A DNA stretch of 63,387 nucleotides, counting the filler, from Octopus bimaculoides (taxonomy: Eukaryota), in NCBI RefSeq assembly GCF_001194135.2. It is 8 parts of 7 records of this genome, joined end to end, with 100 filler letters (N's around TTAATTAATTAA, not from the genome) between each part and the next. Parts side by side here need not be neighbours in the genome. Positions count along the whole stretch, not along the records: positions 8,067 to 36,485 come from NC_068984.1; 7 more parts are not named here. The stretch is one strand, 5' to 3'. The stretch's first letter is position 1. Each line of letters starts with the position of its first letter. Both the position numbers and the translations under genes were made by a program. The notes under the pieces are model-generated. The model saw only the letters and a program-made list of their open reading frames with translations. It was not told the origin of the DNA and did no database searches. Positions 24,841-36,485 of this stretch are shown in pieces.

Positions 24841-26714
24841 ATTACTATTGCTACTGCTGCTACTAATGTACTGTTAAACAGCTACAGTACGTATGAATAG
24901 ACACTCAAGGCGTCTACTGATCATGCTAAAATGTTAGTGGTGAATGTTAAGTGCAGAAATATCCGCTAAGCAATGGATCAATCAACCGATCAATCAATCG
25001 ATACGCATTTATCTCACGCAAGCGTGATAAATAGAAATGTATGGCTTGGCTTTTTTCCTAATCACATGCATAGATTAATAGAGAAAAGCGGTTAGTTCTG
25101 GGTCTCAACTATGATATTTTTATTTCTTAACCGTATCGGTAGGCTGCAACGTATGCTGTACGTTTCCTGTGTCTTTTGTGAGGAGTTTTTACATTTTTTG
25201 TTTGTCTTTTTGCTTAGCCTTCTTCTTGAATCATAAATTTTCCAAAGCTTTCTTTTGTTGTCAGATCNNNNNNNNNNNNNNNNNNNNNNNNNNNNNNNNN
25301 NNNNNNNNNNNNNNNNNNNNNNNNNNNNNNNNNNNNNNNNNNNNNNNNNNNNNNNNNNNNNNNNNNNNNNNNNNNNNNNNNNNNNNNNNNNNNNNNNNNN
25401 NNNNNNNNNNNNNNNNNNNNNNNNNNNNNNNNNNNNNNNNNNNNNNNNNNNNNNNNNNNNNNNNNNNNNNNNNNNNNNNNNNNNNNNNNNNNNNNNNNNN
25501 NNNNNNNNNNNNNNNNNNNNNNNNNNNNNNNNNNNNNNNNNNNNNNNNNNNNNNNNNNNNNNNNNNNNNNNNNNNNNNNNNNNNNNNNNNNNNNNNNNNN
25601 NNNNNNNNNNNNNNNNNNNNNNNNNNNNNNNNNNNNNNNNNNNNNNNNNNNNNNNNNNNNNNNNNNNNNNNNNNNNNNNNNNNNNNNNNNNNNNNNNNNN
25701 NNNNNNNNNNNNNNNNNNNNNNNNNNNNNNNNNNNNNNNNNNNNNNNNNNNNNNNNNNNNNNNNNNNNNNNNNNNNNNNNNNNNNNNNNNNNNNNNNNNN
25801 NNNNNNNNNNNNNNNNNNNNNNNNNNNNNNNNNNNNNNNNNNNNNNNNNNNNNNNNNNNNNNNNNNNNNNNNNNNNNNNNNNNNNNNNNNNNNNNNNNNN
25901 NNNNNNNNNNNNNNNNNNNNNNNNNNNNNNNNNNNNNNNNNNNNNNNNNNNNNNNNNNNNNNNNNNNNNNNNNNNNNNNNNNNNNNNNNNNNNNNNNNNN
26001 NNNNNNCTCTCTCTCTCTCTCTCCGCCAGCTCTCATTCTCTTGATGTACCACTGGACCGGGCATGGAAAAGCCAAGTAGTTGTCCACATAAGCACCCAAA
26101 ACAATTAGAAAACATGGGTCATGCCACCAAGTTATGCTCACATATAAGTGACGGTTATGGTTATCTAAGTTTATGCCTCCACGCAAAGTGGATTCCGAGG
26201 AACTATATACTTCTTTGAAAAAATTCTGTGACTCCACGAGATAGGTGTCTTTTAAAATGATTTATAAAAATCTGTTTTTTTTTTTTTTAAGTTAAAAGAA
26301 AATAGTATTGAAAATTTAAAAATAAATGTTATGAATAAATCTTCCCTCTAAAATAATTTTTGTTTCATTAAATGTCTTAATAAAATTACGGAAATGTACT
26401 TGTCTGGCAAATGACTTGATCTGCGACTTTGTATTAAAACTAAAACAACTACAGTGTGAAGATACGTAGTAACCATTGAAAATACACAAACACTGTTAAC
26501 TTGCTCAAACATTTATTATTTGGTGTCAGAATTTTCGTTGCACCTATTGCGACTGTTATGGTTCGTCACAGAATTGTTAAAGGTTTTTCTATACTAGACG
26601 ATCTATACAGCTTCATTATACTAAACGATCAATACAGCCAGCAGAAAATAGCTGGTTAGCGAAGAATACATGAACACTTTGCAACATTTTTAAATTAAAT
26701 ATAAAATCTCGGCC

Positions 26715-26939
26715 ATTGCAGCGTGGAAGATGTAAGTTAGGCATTTAGAAACACATAAAGACCATTATATTAACTTAAGCACTTTGGCGTCAGAGTTTTC
26801 GACGCTCGAAACTGCGACCTTTTTGCTGACAGTTTCGAGCGACGAAAGTTCTGACACCATACAACAAATAAATGTTTAAATGAAGTTAAGGGTCTTTGTG
26901 TGTTTCTGAACGGCTAACTTATGCCTCCCACGCTGCAAT
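26715..26939. repeat. Imperfect inverted repeat, ~100/110-bp arms, 15-nt loop; partial third copy ~26485-26560
   Basis: ATTGCAGCGTGG..AGAAACACATAAAGACC..CGCTCGAAACTG is mirrored by CAGTTTCGAGCG..GGTCTTTGTGTGTTTCT..CCACGCTGCAAT. Confidence 0.85.
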
Positions 26940-27713
26940 CGCTTTAGTTTCAGCATACGATTTCAGATAAAAACACTTGTAATGCAAGTACTTCTCCGTA
27001 TCATGAAATTGCGTTCGACCACAACAACAATTACAGAGTTTACATACTTTTTAAATATGAATCAAATATATTCAATGTATTAAGAACCAAATAAAATTAT
27101 AACAGCTGGTTCAAAACAACAAATATTACAGCAGCCAACTGAGAAAACTTTATGTGGTTATTTAGTTAGAAATAGCAGCCAATCGCTCTCAACTTTTTAA
27201 AATTGTTGCGCTAGACACATGAATTAGAGCGGAAAGGTGTGAAAATTCCGACTGGAACAATTTTCATTGTATATTAGTTCTAATACGGATGACTTGCAGA
27301 GAAATAACATCAATAGTAGTAACTCTTATTCAAGCACTTTAAACTTGGCAAAAAAATCAAACACTCCGAAGAGTGATATGAAAAACACTTTGAACGTATG
27401 AACTGTTTTGCTAACTTTGTTAACAAGGGGTGAACATACATCTTATTCATACTCACGCTAATGTAGGGCTTTGTACTTAGTCCTTGAAAGCAAAATTATG
27501 TAGCAGCATGTGGTGGACTAATATTTTGTTCCCCACCTAAAAGGATATGAGCCAGGATTTTGTTTAAGTAGACTATAATATCCTGTTTCTAATAAGGCTT
27601 CACACAAATTTATATCATTTATATTCAAGCAATGGTAACCTTAGAAACTTTCTGCTTTCAAATTCTTCGACGGTGTACTTATGGTCATGTGCTTGAATGT
27701 GGATATGTATATA

Positions 27714-27969
27714 TTGGGTTGGTGCATAATTATTGCAACTTTTTTCAACAAATTTTATTCAAAAAAAAAAAAGAACAATAACAACATATAACAAAAACAT
27801 CTGTAAATGATTATTCCGGAGCATATTCACTATCTAATTCAATTACTGCTTCCCATTTGTTTGGCAGACTGTCAGACCGTCATTTAAAGATGTTTTTGTT
27901 AAATATTGTTATTGCTTTTCTTGAATAAAATTTATTGGAAAAAAAAAGCCTCAATAATTATGCACCAAC

Positions 27970-27973
<4 letters not shown>
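27714..27973. mobile_element. Mariner-derived fold-back MITE (260 bp, TA-flanked)
   Basis: TIR TTGGGTTGGTGCATAATTATTG at both ends, inverted arms of ~95 bp, and a central minus-strand remnant SDSLPNKWEAVIELDSEYAPE* (mariner C-terminus). Confidence 0.9.
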
Positions 27974-28005
<32 letters not shown>

Positions 28006-28098
28006 NNNNNNNNNNNNNNNNNNNNNNNNNNNNNNNNNNNNNNNNNNNNNNNNNNNNNNNNNNNNNNNNNNNNNNNNNNNNNNNNNNNNNNNNNNNNN

Positions 28099-28158
<60 letters not shown>

Positions 28159-29160
28159 GTGTGTGTGGTTAATAGGTGCATATTGTTTTAGGTTCGACCC
28201 TGGAATTTCTAAGCAAAGTCGAATTTGAATTCAGAACAAAAAATAAATAATGCAACGTATGTCTTCTATAACTTTACTACTATTGGTGATGCTGGTGGTG
28301 CTGGTAGTGCTGGTGATGGTAGTAGTTTTGTCCCATGTCAGTTCTGATCAAGTAGACCTATGTTCAAAAATAAAATCCAGTACTGACCATGCAGTTTTTT
28401 TCACAATGCCCAGTGCACTCAGTACTACATTACCAAGCCTGTCCTACTTTGTTTCCATGATGTAAAATAATGATCCAAGAGAGATTTGGCTACAAATTCC
28501 AGCAGATCGTACGACCACATTGAGTCTCCCTTCACTGACCTGCTATTGCACTTTAACCCCAGACCAACCCTGGTTCAACGGACCTTCAAAGATATTCCGC
28601 TACTTACGCAGTTCTCCCACTCAGATAAAATAAATCTAGGATTACATGGGGTAATGTGTCATTCACTTCTTTCAAGATGGTAGGATGTAATTAGAGAAGA
28701 TGTTATTTCTTGCAAGTCGAGCTAGTGATTGTCAGATTTCTACGTACAACCATATTTTCTTATTTCTTTCTACGCATTAATAAACTAAGGAATGTTTTCT
28801 GCTCTGCAAATTTCTAATATTCAAAGAAACTTGATATCCTTTTAAAATACTGTCTATATGTTTCTATGGAATTTAAAAATACATTTTTTACACTATACTT
28901 CATACCTTTTCTTTTTTCTTTTCTAGCCAATTTTCTTCTTATTCAATATAATTAATGGCCACTCCGGGGTTTGCTTCAAGTTATTTCATGTGTGTATATA
29001 TGTGCGCGTGTGTGTGTTTATGTGTGTGTCCGTTAGTGTATTAAATGGAATATGCATGCTATGACTATCGTACACTTAAAATCAACAAATGAATTTAGAT
29101 ATCCACTTCAAAATACCATATTCTCAATGTAGGAAATCATAATTACGATGTGTGTGTGTG

Positions 29161-29206
<46 letters not shown>

Positions 29207-29378
29207 TATATGTATATTATGTGTGCGTGCATGTATGTATATACATAAAAATAATTACATATATAATACAGATATGCTTATGCGTATATATTATAGATAT
29301 ATACGCCTGCGTGTCTGCATAATATATATATATACATACATACACACACGCACACACACACACACACACACATATATA

Positions 29379-29409
<31 letters not shown>

Positions 29410-29829
29410 ATGTATTAGATATGTAATGCACCCAACGCCTTGTGATATCTAATTCATTACTTCGCCCTCACATCTCTGAGTTCAATTCCCTTAGGCAGGG
29501 GTGGATTTTTTCTTTTTGTCTAGCATGGTGAGAAAGGCGATAAAATGTGTTCAAATATGATACAGAAGCCGAGTCACTTTACTTTAGCCCTCCCAAGATA
29601 CACACATAAAATACTTAACATGCATCTACCCACACACGCAATACTGGATGTTTCAAAGCGTAATCAATATTGTATTTTTTACCACATTAAACCTCATTTT
29701 CTCTTTTATGATTAATATTTTCCTTACCTCATTTTATACCTTTGTGGCTACATATACTGATGATACGCGAAGTGATATATTTCATCACTTCCAAGATATC
29801 ATTAATTTTCGTAGGTAGTAAATTGGTAG

Positions 29830-30010
29830 AAATGTTAAAGCGCCCAGACAAAATGAAAGCGGTATGTAATTACGGTTAAAATCTCGCAAAGCCTGACTGA
29901 CTTTCCATCTTCGGGTGCCGATAAAATAAACCACCAGTCGGGTATGTGAATTCGATTTAATTCAATATAAATCTCCCACAAATTTGAAGCTTTGTGCTTC
30001 AATATACTAT
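29830..30010 (+). mobile_element. Diverged SINE family B, the one clear plus-strand copy
   Basis: ACTTTCCATCTTCGGGTGCCGATAAAATAAACCACCAG...AAATTTGAAGCTTTGTGC. Confidence 0.6.
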
Positions 30011-30794
30011 GTGTTCGGGTTAAGTTTGGCAACATTTTATGTCTAGTTTTTTCAGGAACAGCTTGATGTATTGGTGAACCGTTAACGGCGTTGGAGAGTA
30101 TAAAGATTAAAGTTGTAGTTGAGAGAGGGTTAGCTGATTTGGAGGACTAGAAGTCATCTGAATAGTGGGAAAGAGTTGCCTGTATTATGATGATTCGCGC
30201 CGAATCATAAGGCTATTAGATATGACATGGACATCATGNNNNNNNNNNNNNNNNNNNNNNNNNNNNNNNNNNNNNNNNNNNNNNNNNNNNNNNNNNNNNN
30301 NNNNNNNNNNNNNNNNNNNNNNNNNNNNNNNNNNNNNNNNNNNNNNNNNNNNNNNNNNNNNNNNNNNNNNNNNNNNNNNNNNNNNNNNNNNNNNNNNNNN
30401 NNNNNNNNNNNNNNNNNNNNNNNNNNNNNNNNNNNNNNNNNNNNNNNNNNNNNNNNNNNNNNNNNNNNNNNNNNNNNNNNNNNNNNNNNNNNNNNNNNNN
30501 NNNNNNNNNNNNNNNNNNNNNNNNNNNNNNNNNNNNNNNNNNNNNNNNNNNNNNNNNNNNNNNNNNNNNNNNNNNNNNNNNNNNNNNNNNNNNNNNNNNN
30601 NNNNNNNNNNNNNNNNNNNNNNNNNNNNNNNNNNNNNNNNNNNNNNNNNNNNNNNNNNNNNNNNNNNNNNNNNNNNNNNNNNNNNNNNNNNNNNATATAT
30701 ATGTATGTATGTGTGTGTATGTGTGTGTGTGTGTGTGACCGCGTGTGTATCGTTGGCGATTTTCTTTCTCCGTCTTCCCTTCTTTGGGCTTTTT

Positions 30795-30872
30795 CTATAT
30801 TTCTGATGAAGAGCTCCGCTCGAAACGTGAAATCCTCTTTCTTTTCTTTCCTTTCCTGAGCGTCCAATAACA
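30795..30872 (+). ncRNA. Hammerhead-ribozyme-like motif (type I, PLE-style)
   Basis: CUGAUGA (30803-09), extra A, stem II GAGC-ucc-GCUC, GAAAC (30822-26), then ACGU palindrome; UAUUU/AAAU stem I. Confidence 0.6.
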
Positions 30873-30937
30873 CAGTACTTATTCCACGTCCTCGCGTTGT
30901 CATTTCTTGCTTGTTCATGTTTGGATTGACTATATAC

Positions 30938-30973
<36 letters not shown>

Positions 30974-31178
30974 NNNNNNNNNNNNNNNNNNNNNNNNNNN
31001 NNNNNNNNNNNNNNNNNNNNNNNNNNNNNNNNNNNNNNNNNNNNNNNNNNNNNNNNNNNNNNNNNNNNNNNNNNNNNNNNNNNNNNNNNNNNNNNNNNNN
31101 NNNNNNNNNNNNNNNNNNNNNNNNNNNNNNNNNNNNNNNNNNNNNNNNNNNNNNNNNNNNNNNNNNNNNNNNNNNNNN

Positions 31179-31229
<51 letters not shown>

Positions 31230-31361
31230 ATAGAAAAGACAACGAAAAAAAGAAAGAGACCTCAATATTATGTAAATAGAGGAATTTATTTATATATATA
31301 CGTTACGAGAATTTAGAAATTTCAAGAGAATATGAAATAATTAGGAATTTGGTTTTTCTTT

Positions 31362-31592
31362 GAATGGCGAAATTCGAACCAGATGAAACTATAAGTGTCA
31401 ATATTGGATTGAAAAAAGAATAAAATCTTTGGTTAGAAAAAGTCGAAGGCTGCCAATGGGACGCGAACTTACATCTTCTGTAAATATGTACTACGGGTAG
31501 GTAGCCTTCGACTTTTTCTGTCCAAAGGGTTTTTTAACCCAGTATTCACACGCTATCATTTATAGTTTTATCTGCTTCGAGTTTCACCGTTC
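31362..31592. repeat. Imperfect inverted repeat (MITE-like), ~90-bp arms, 45-nt spacer
   Basis: GAAATTCGAACCAGATGAAACTATAA..AGAAAAAGTCGAAGGCTGCC is mirrored by GGTAGCCTTCGACTTTTTCT..TTATAGTTTTATCTGCTTCGAGTTTC. Confidence 0.88.
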
Positions 31593-31797
31593 CCAATATT
31601 TAATGATATCAATATACACATATATATATACATACATGTCTGTGCATATATATAGAAAAAGATATATATAAGGAAAGAAGATATACACACACACACACAT
31701 ACATCCAGTTCAACGAATTTTAACATAGAATATAGGACCACCGTGTCAAACTAAAGGAAATGAATATACACACAGGTTTCAGAAAATAAACACTCAC

Positions 31798-32201
31798 CAT
31801 AGTAGAAAACAGCGGCGGCGGCCAAGGAGGCGGAGGCGATGGAGGCGGAGGCGATGGAGGCGGAGGCGATGGAGGCGGAGGCGATGGAGGCGGAGGCGNN
31901 NNNNNNNNNNNNNNNNNNNNNNNNNNNNNNNNNNNNNNNNNNNNNNNNNNNNNNNNNNNNNNNNNNNNNNNNNNNNNNNNNNNNNNNNNNNNNNNNNNNN
32001 NNNNNNNNNNNNNNNNNNNNNNNNNNNNNNNNNNNNNNNNNNNNNNNNNNNNNNNNNNNNNNNNNNNNNNNNNNNNNNNNNNNNNNNNNNNNNNNNNNNN
32101 NNNNNNNNNNNNNNNNNNNNNNNNNNNNNNNNNNNNNNNNNNNNNNNNNNNNNNNNNNNNTGGTGGTGGTGGTGGTGGTGGTGGTGTTGATGGTGGCATG
32201 A
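31798..32201 (-). CDS. Candidate low-complexity exon (Pro-rich/SPPPP in one frame; Thr-rich then ASASI in another), gap inside
   Basis: tgctttag| at 32202, (CCA)n then a 15-bp repeat CCTCCGCCTCCATCG, ending ATG|GTGAGT at 31798/31797. Confidence 0.35.
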
Positions 32202-32758
32202 CTAAAGCAATTATTTATAAAAGTATTTGTCGTTGTGATTTATTGTTGTTAATGTTATTTACGTTGTTTGATCTCTACTTTCTTGTTTAGCTGTTTGCCT
32301 ACGCTATTTATTGTTGTTGATGATGTTTTGTCGTCATTGTTGTTGTTGTTGTTGTGATTATTGCTTTCACCGTTGTCGTTGTGTGGTCTCCTTTCTTGTT
32401 TGTTATTTTGGTTATTTTTTTTGTTCTTCAGATTTTCCTTTTTGTTGTCAATGAAATTGTTGTTGTTATTGTCAACGTGTTTAATGTCATTTGTTGTTGG
32501 TATTGGTCTTTGTGTTGTTGTTGTTGTTGTTGTTGTGTAATATCTTGTTTGTTTTGCTGGATTGTTGTATCCTTATGAATCTTGTATTTTCTGTTACTTT
32601 CATTCTTCGTTGTCTTTCTTGCTCTTTTCCTCTTCATTGTTTTGTTGTTCATATCGTTGTTACTTTATATGAGTAATTTCGTCATAAAATTCGCAGAAAA
32701 CAAAACAACAATAAAAAAAATGCAATAGCAACAACTACTACTACAACAATTCTTCTTC

Positions 32759-32823
<65 letters not shown>

Positions 32824-33758
32824 GTTATAGAGAGAGTTGAAAAAATTGCGTAAATTTATTACCATCATTATATCATTCCCTTAGGATAAGTATCTCTTTC
32901 AGCGTATGTTTGTGTGGGGTTTCTATTTTGAATTATGTATTTATATGTGTATATGTAAATATGTGTTGTATGTGTGCATGTGTGTACATAGGGGGTTGCG
33001 TAAATGGAATTGAATTAGGAGATAAATGGAATATTTATTGGATGAATAGAGTGTCCTATAAACTTTATTTAATATTTGAGAGATATATGTATGTATATAT
33101 GCATGTATTTATTCATACCCACACACATATATATATATGTATATATATGTATACATATACATACACATATATACATACATATATATGTATATATACACGT
33201 ATATTTATATATATGCACGCATACGTGAACGCGCATGTTGTGCATAATGTACGCTCGCGCGCACGAACACATGCACATACACACGTATTTATTCATATAT
33301 TTATATACATAATAATCCATAGGATGCACACAAAACAGCGTATATCCACACAATAATGTATCCTTTCTGTCATAAAACGTTTTGGCAGATTCGAACGGAA
33401 ATATCTAATCCCTGTTGTTTTTCGTCATCAGAGAACGCCTTTTCCCTTTAGACGATATCTGTTCATAACACATACAGTTCAAAGTTCAACGCTGTAGGGG
33501 GGTATGGAGACCCCTGCGATGTTTCCGCCTAGTCATGTGTCTCCCCAGTCAAAACTACTCTAGTGTTCCGATGAGTCTGGCAAGAGCACAGTTAATGAGT
33601 TTCGTCAGAAACCACTCCCAGGTAATGTGCGTTCATAACATGCGATTCGCCGAAGTAGATCAATATTCATGTTCGAATCTTCCAGAACGTATAAAGATTC
33701 GATTGAAAAATTATTTATGCACACATTTACATCCGCAAATACGCATGCACACACAAAC

Positions 33759-33811
<53 letters not shown>

Positions 33812-34174
33812 ATGAATAAATACAGGAGCCTCTTGTTATAGAATCAACGCATTCCTGAAAACTTGTTGTAACGGGAAATCCTCTTACAGTGCGTTCCGAC
33901 GTTGTTGTTTTTCTTTTTCATGCAGTAACAGTAGCAAAACAAGCAACGCGACCGCCTTTATGAGTAAAAATAGTTTCTACACAAAGTATAATATGAATAC
34001 AAAAGAACATTTGAAGAGGAACTCGCTAGTGAATAAGAATCGTAAGTTTCGGCCGCAAAAATATTTTTACTGTGTGAAAAGGTGTTGGTTCTGGAACGAA
34101 AGCCACTCGGGGGATGAGGAATACTATCTTCTAACTTGTAGCTCATTATCTTCAACATCTTTATTTAAAGTTAT

Positions 34175-34356
34175 TTAATGTTTACGGCACATCATCTCTT
34201 CATACAGCTCAGTGTAGAAGCTGAGCTGATTGTAAACTTCAGCTGTAAACTTAATGTTATATTCACGGTTCGGGTTGTTATCAGAAAAATTCTGCAAACC
34301 AATCCTTACAAGTTCCAACTCTTTAGCGATACTCTTTGTCGTGAGTTTAAATGCAT
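34175..34356 (-). mobile_element. Tigger/pogo-like transposase C-terminal remnant
   Basis: TEAPPNAFKLTTKSIAKEL..NFSDNNPNREYNIKF..YTELYEEM resembles the Tigger C-terminus (LTxK..DPNxER..YxEIYDEK). Confidence 0.5.
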
Positions 34357-34479
34357 TTGGTGGAGCTTCTGTGTACTGGTGGAGCTTCTGTGTACTGGTG
34401 GAGCTTCTGTGTACTGGTGGAGCTTCTGTGTACTGGTGGAGCTTCTGTGTACTGGTGGAGCTTCTGTGTACTGGTGGAG
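34357..34479. repeat. 19-bp minisatellite (TGGTGGAGCTTCTGTGTAC)n running into a 661-N gap
   Basis: About 6.5 identical units are visible. Confidence 0.95.
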
Positions 34480-35140
34480 NNNNNNNNNNNNNNNNNNNNN
34501 NNNNNNNNNNNNNNNNNNNNNNNNNNNNNNNNNNNNNNNNNNNNNNNNNNNNNNNNNNNNNNNNNNNNNNNNNNNNNNNNNNNNNNNNNNNNNNNNNNNN
34601 NNNNNNNNNNNNNNNNNNNNNNNNNNNNNNNNNNNNNNNNNNNNNNNNNNNNNNNNNNNNNNNNNNNNNNNNNNNNNNNNNNNNNNNNNNNNNNNNNNNN
34701 NNNNNNNNNNNNNNNNNNNNNNNNNNNNNNNNNNNNNNNNNNNNNNNNNNNNNNNNNNNNNNNNNNNNNNNNNNNNNNNNNNNNNNNNNNNNNNNNNNNN
34801 NNNNNNNNNNNNNNNNNNNNNNNNNNNNNNNNNNNNNNNNNNNNNNNNNNNNNNNNNNNNNNNNNNNNNNNNNNNNNNNNNNNNNNNNNNNNNNNNNNNN
34901 NNNNNNNNNNNNNNNNNNNNNNNNNNNNNNNNNNNNNNNNNNNNNNNNNNNNNNNNNNNNNNNNNNNNNNNNNNNNNNNNNNNNNNNNNNNNNNNNNNNN
35001 NNNNNNNNNNNNNNNNNNNNNNNNNNNNNNNNNNNNNNNNNNNNNNNNNNNNNNNNNNNNNNNNNNNNNNNNNNNNNNNNNNNNNNNNNNNNNNNNNNNN
35101 NNNNNNNNNNNNNNNNNNNNNNNNNNNNNNNNNNNNNNNN

Positions 35141-35410
35141 GGCTCCGGCAGGGGATGGTGGCGAACCCTGCTGTACTCTTTCACCACAACTTTCTCTCAC
35201 TCTTTCTTCCTGCTTCTGTTGTGCCTGTAATTCAAAGGGTCAGCCTTGTCACACTGTGTCACGCTGAATATCCCCGAGAACTACGTTAAGGGTACACGTG
35301 TCTGTGGAGTGCTCAGCCACTTGCACGTTAATTTCACGAGCAGGCTGTTCCGTTGATCGGATCAACTGGAACCCTCGATGTCGTAAGCGACGGAGTGCCA
35401 ACAGCAACAA
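35141..35410 (+). mobile_element. SINE family C body and tail
   Basis: CCGAGAACTACGTTAAGGGTACACGTGTCTGTGGAGTGCTCAGCCACTTGCACG matches 15240-15357. Confidence 0.8.
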
Positions 35411-35530
35411 CATATCCTTTTAAATTTGATGTAGACCTACTTGTGAAATAACTTTAGTCACAGATACAGACTGGTTATGTATTTTTCCCAGTGCATTCAA
35501 ATTTAAGTTATAGTTTATCCCATGACTCAC

Positions 35531-35560
35531 CTTCCTTAAACGACTTGCGAACGCAGTCAT
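35531..35560 (-). CDS. Candidate first coding exon MTAFASRLRK
   Basis: gccATG context, in-frame TGA 15 codons upstream, AAG|GTGAGT consensus donor; CpG-rich patch in AT-rich DNA. Confidence 0.45.
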
Positions 35561-35599
35561 GGCGTCTCGCCTTTTAGAACAATATACAAAGACCGTGTG

Positions 35600-35626
35600 T
35601 TGTCACACGTCACGTGACATTGGCGT
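35600..35626 (-). promoter_or_regulatory. CCAAT box abutting palindromic E-box GTCACGTGAC (CLEAR/USF type) and TGACGTG
   Basis: GTCACGTGAC at 35609-35618, ATTGG at 35619-35623, about 50-60 bp upstream of the candidate ATG. Confidence 0.45.
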
Positions 35627-35896
35627 CTTGTCTTATGCTTCTTCAACTACCGTGAAAATCCAGTGAAGATTGTTGTTTTTATATTCTTGGAATCCAACCA
35701 CCATGATACTACGATAGGATGTAACAATAGACACTATACATAAGTACAGATATATGAATGCGTATACATACTTACATATACACATACATACATACACACA
35801 CGCACACACACACACACACACAAATATATATATATATATATAAATATATAACTAACATTAATATATCCGTGAGTAGTAGTAGTAATAGTAGTAGTC

Positions 35897-35968
<72 letters not shown>

Positions 35969-36446
35969 ATAGTAGTTTGAAGTTAAACGGAGAATATAGA
36001 AAAAAGTTTTCGGGTTAATCAAATTGACAGAAGAAAAAAAAAACAATAAGAAAACGCCAAGCTTTTTATATGGTATTATGAAGAGAGGGGCAAAAGATCA
36101 AAGATGAAATGTCTTGTGTACCGTTGCCAAGTTCTTTGTTGTAATTGTTGTGGACTTGAAGGTGCATATTTGTTTTTCTATTACTTTTTTTTTTTTTTTT
36201 TTGAGATATAATTCTGTGTTGTTGACAACGTAGTAGTGGTTGTCTATGTTGTTGTGGTTGTTTTCGTTTTTCATGTTCGTTGTGGATTTCATTGTTGCTG
36301 TCTTTTCATTTGGTTCTGCTTCGTAATTATGGTTTCTGTCGTTGGTTTGTTTGTAACACGGTTGTTTATGTTCTTCCTTCTGTTCTGTTGTCTTAATTGT
36401 TGTTGGGCATTGTATGACGTGCGTGTGAGTTTGTGCCAGCGCATGC

Positions 36447-36485
<39 letters not shown>

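Noticed and set aside
25092-26237. 381-aa minus-strand ORF
   Set aside because: Two short unrelated flanks bridged by 739 Ns and a (GA)n tract; no recognisable domain.
27457-27536. Segment with strong acceptor and GTGAGT donor on the minus strand
   Set aside because: Stops in all three frames; it shows that splice-like pairs arise by chance here, or it is non-coding.
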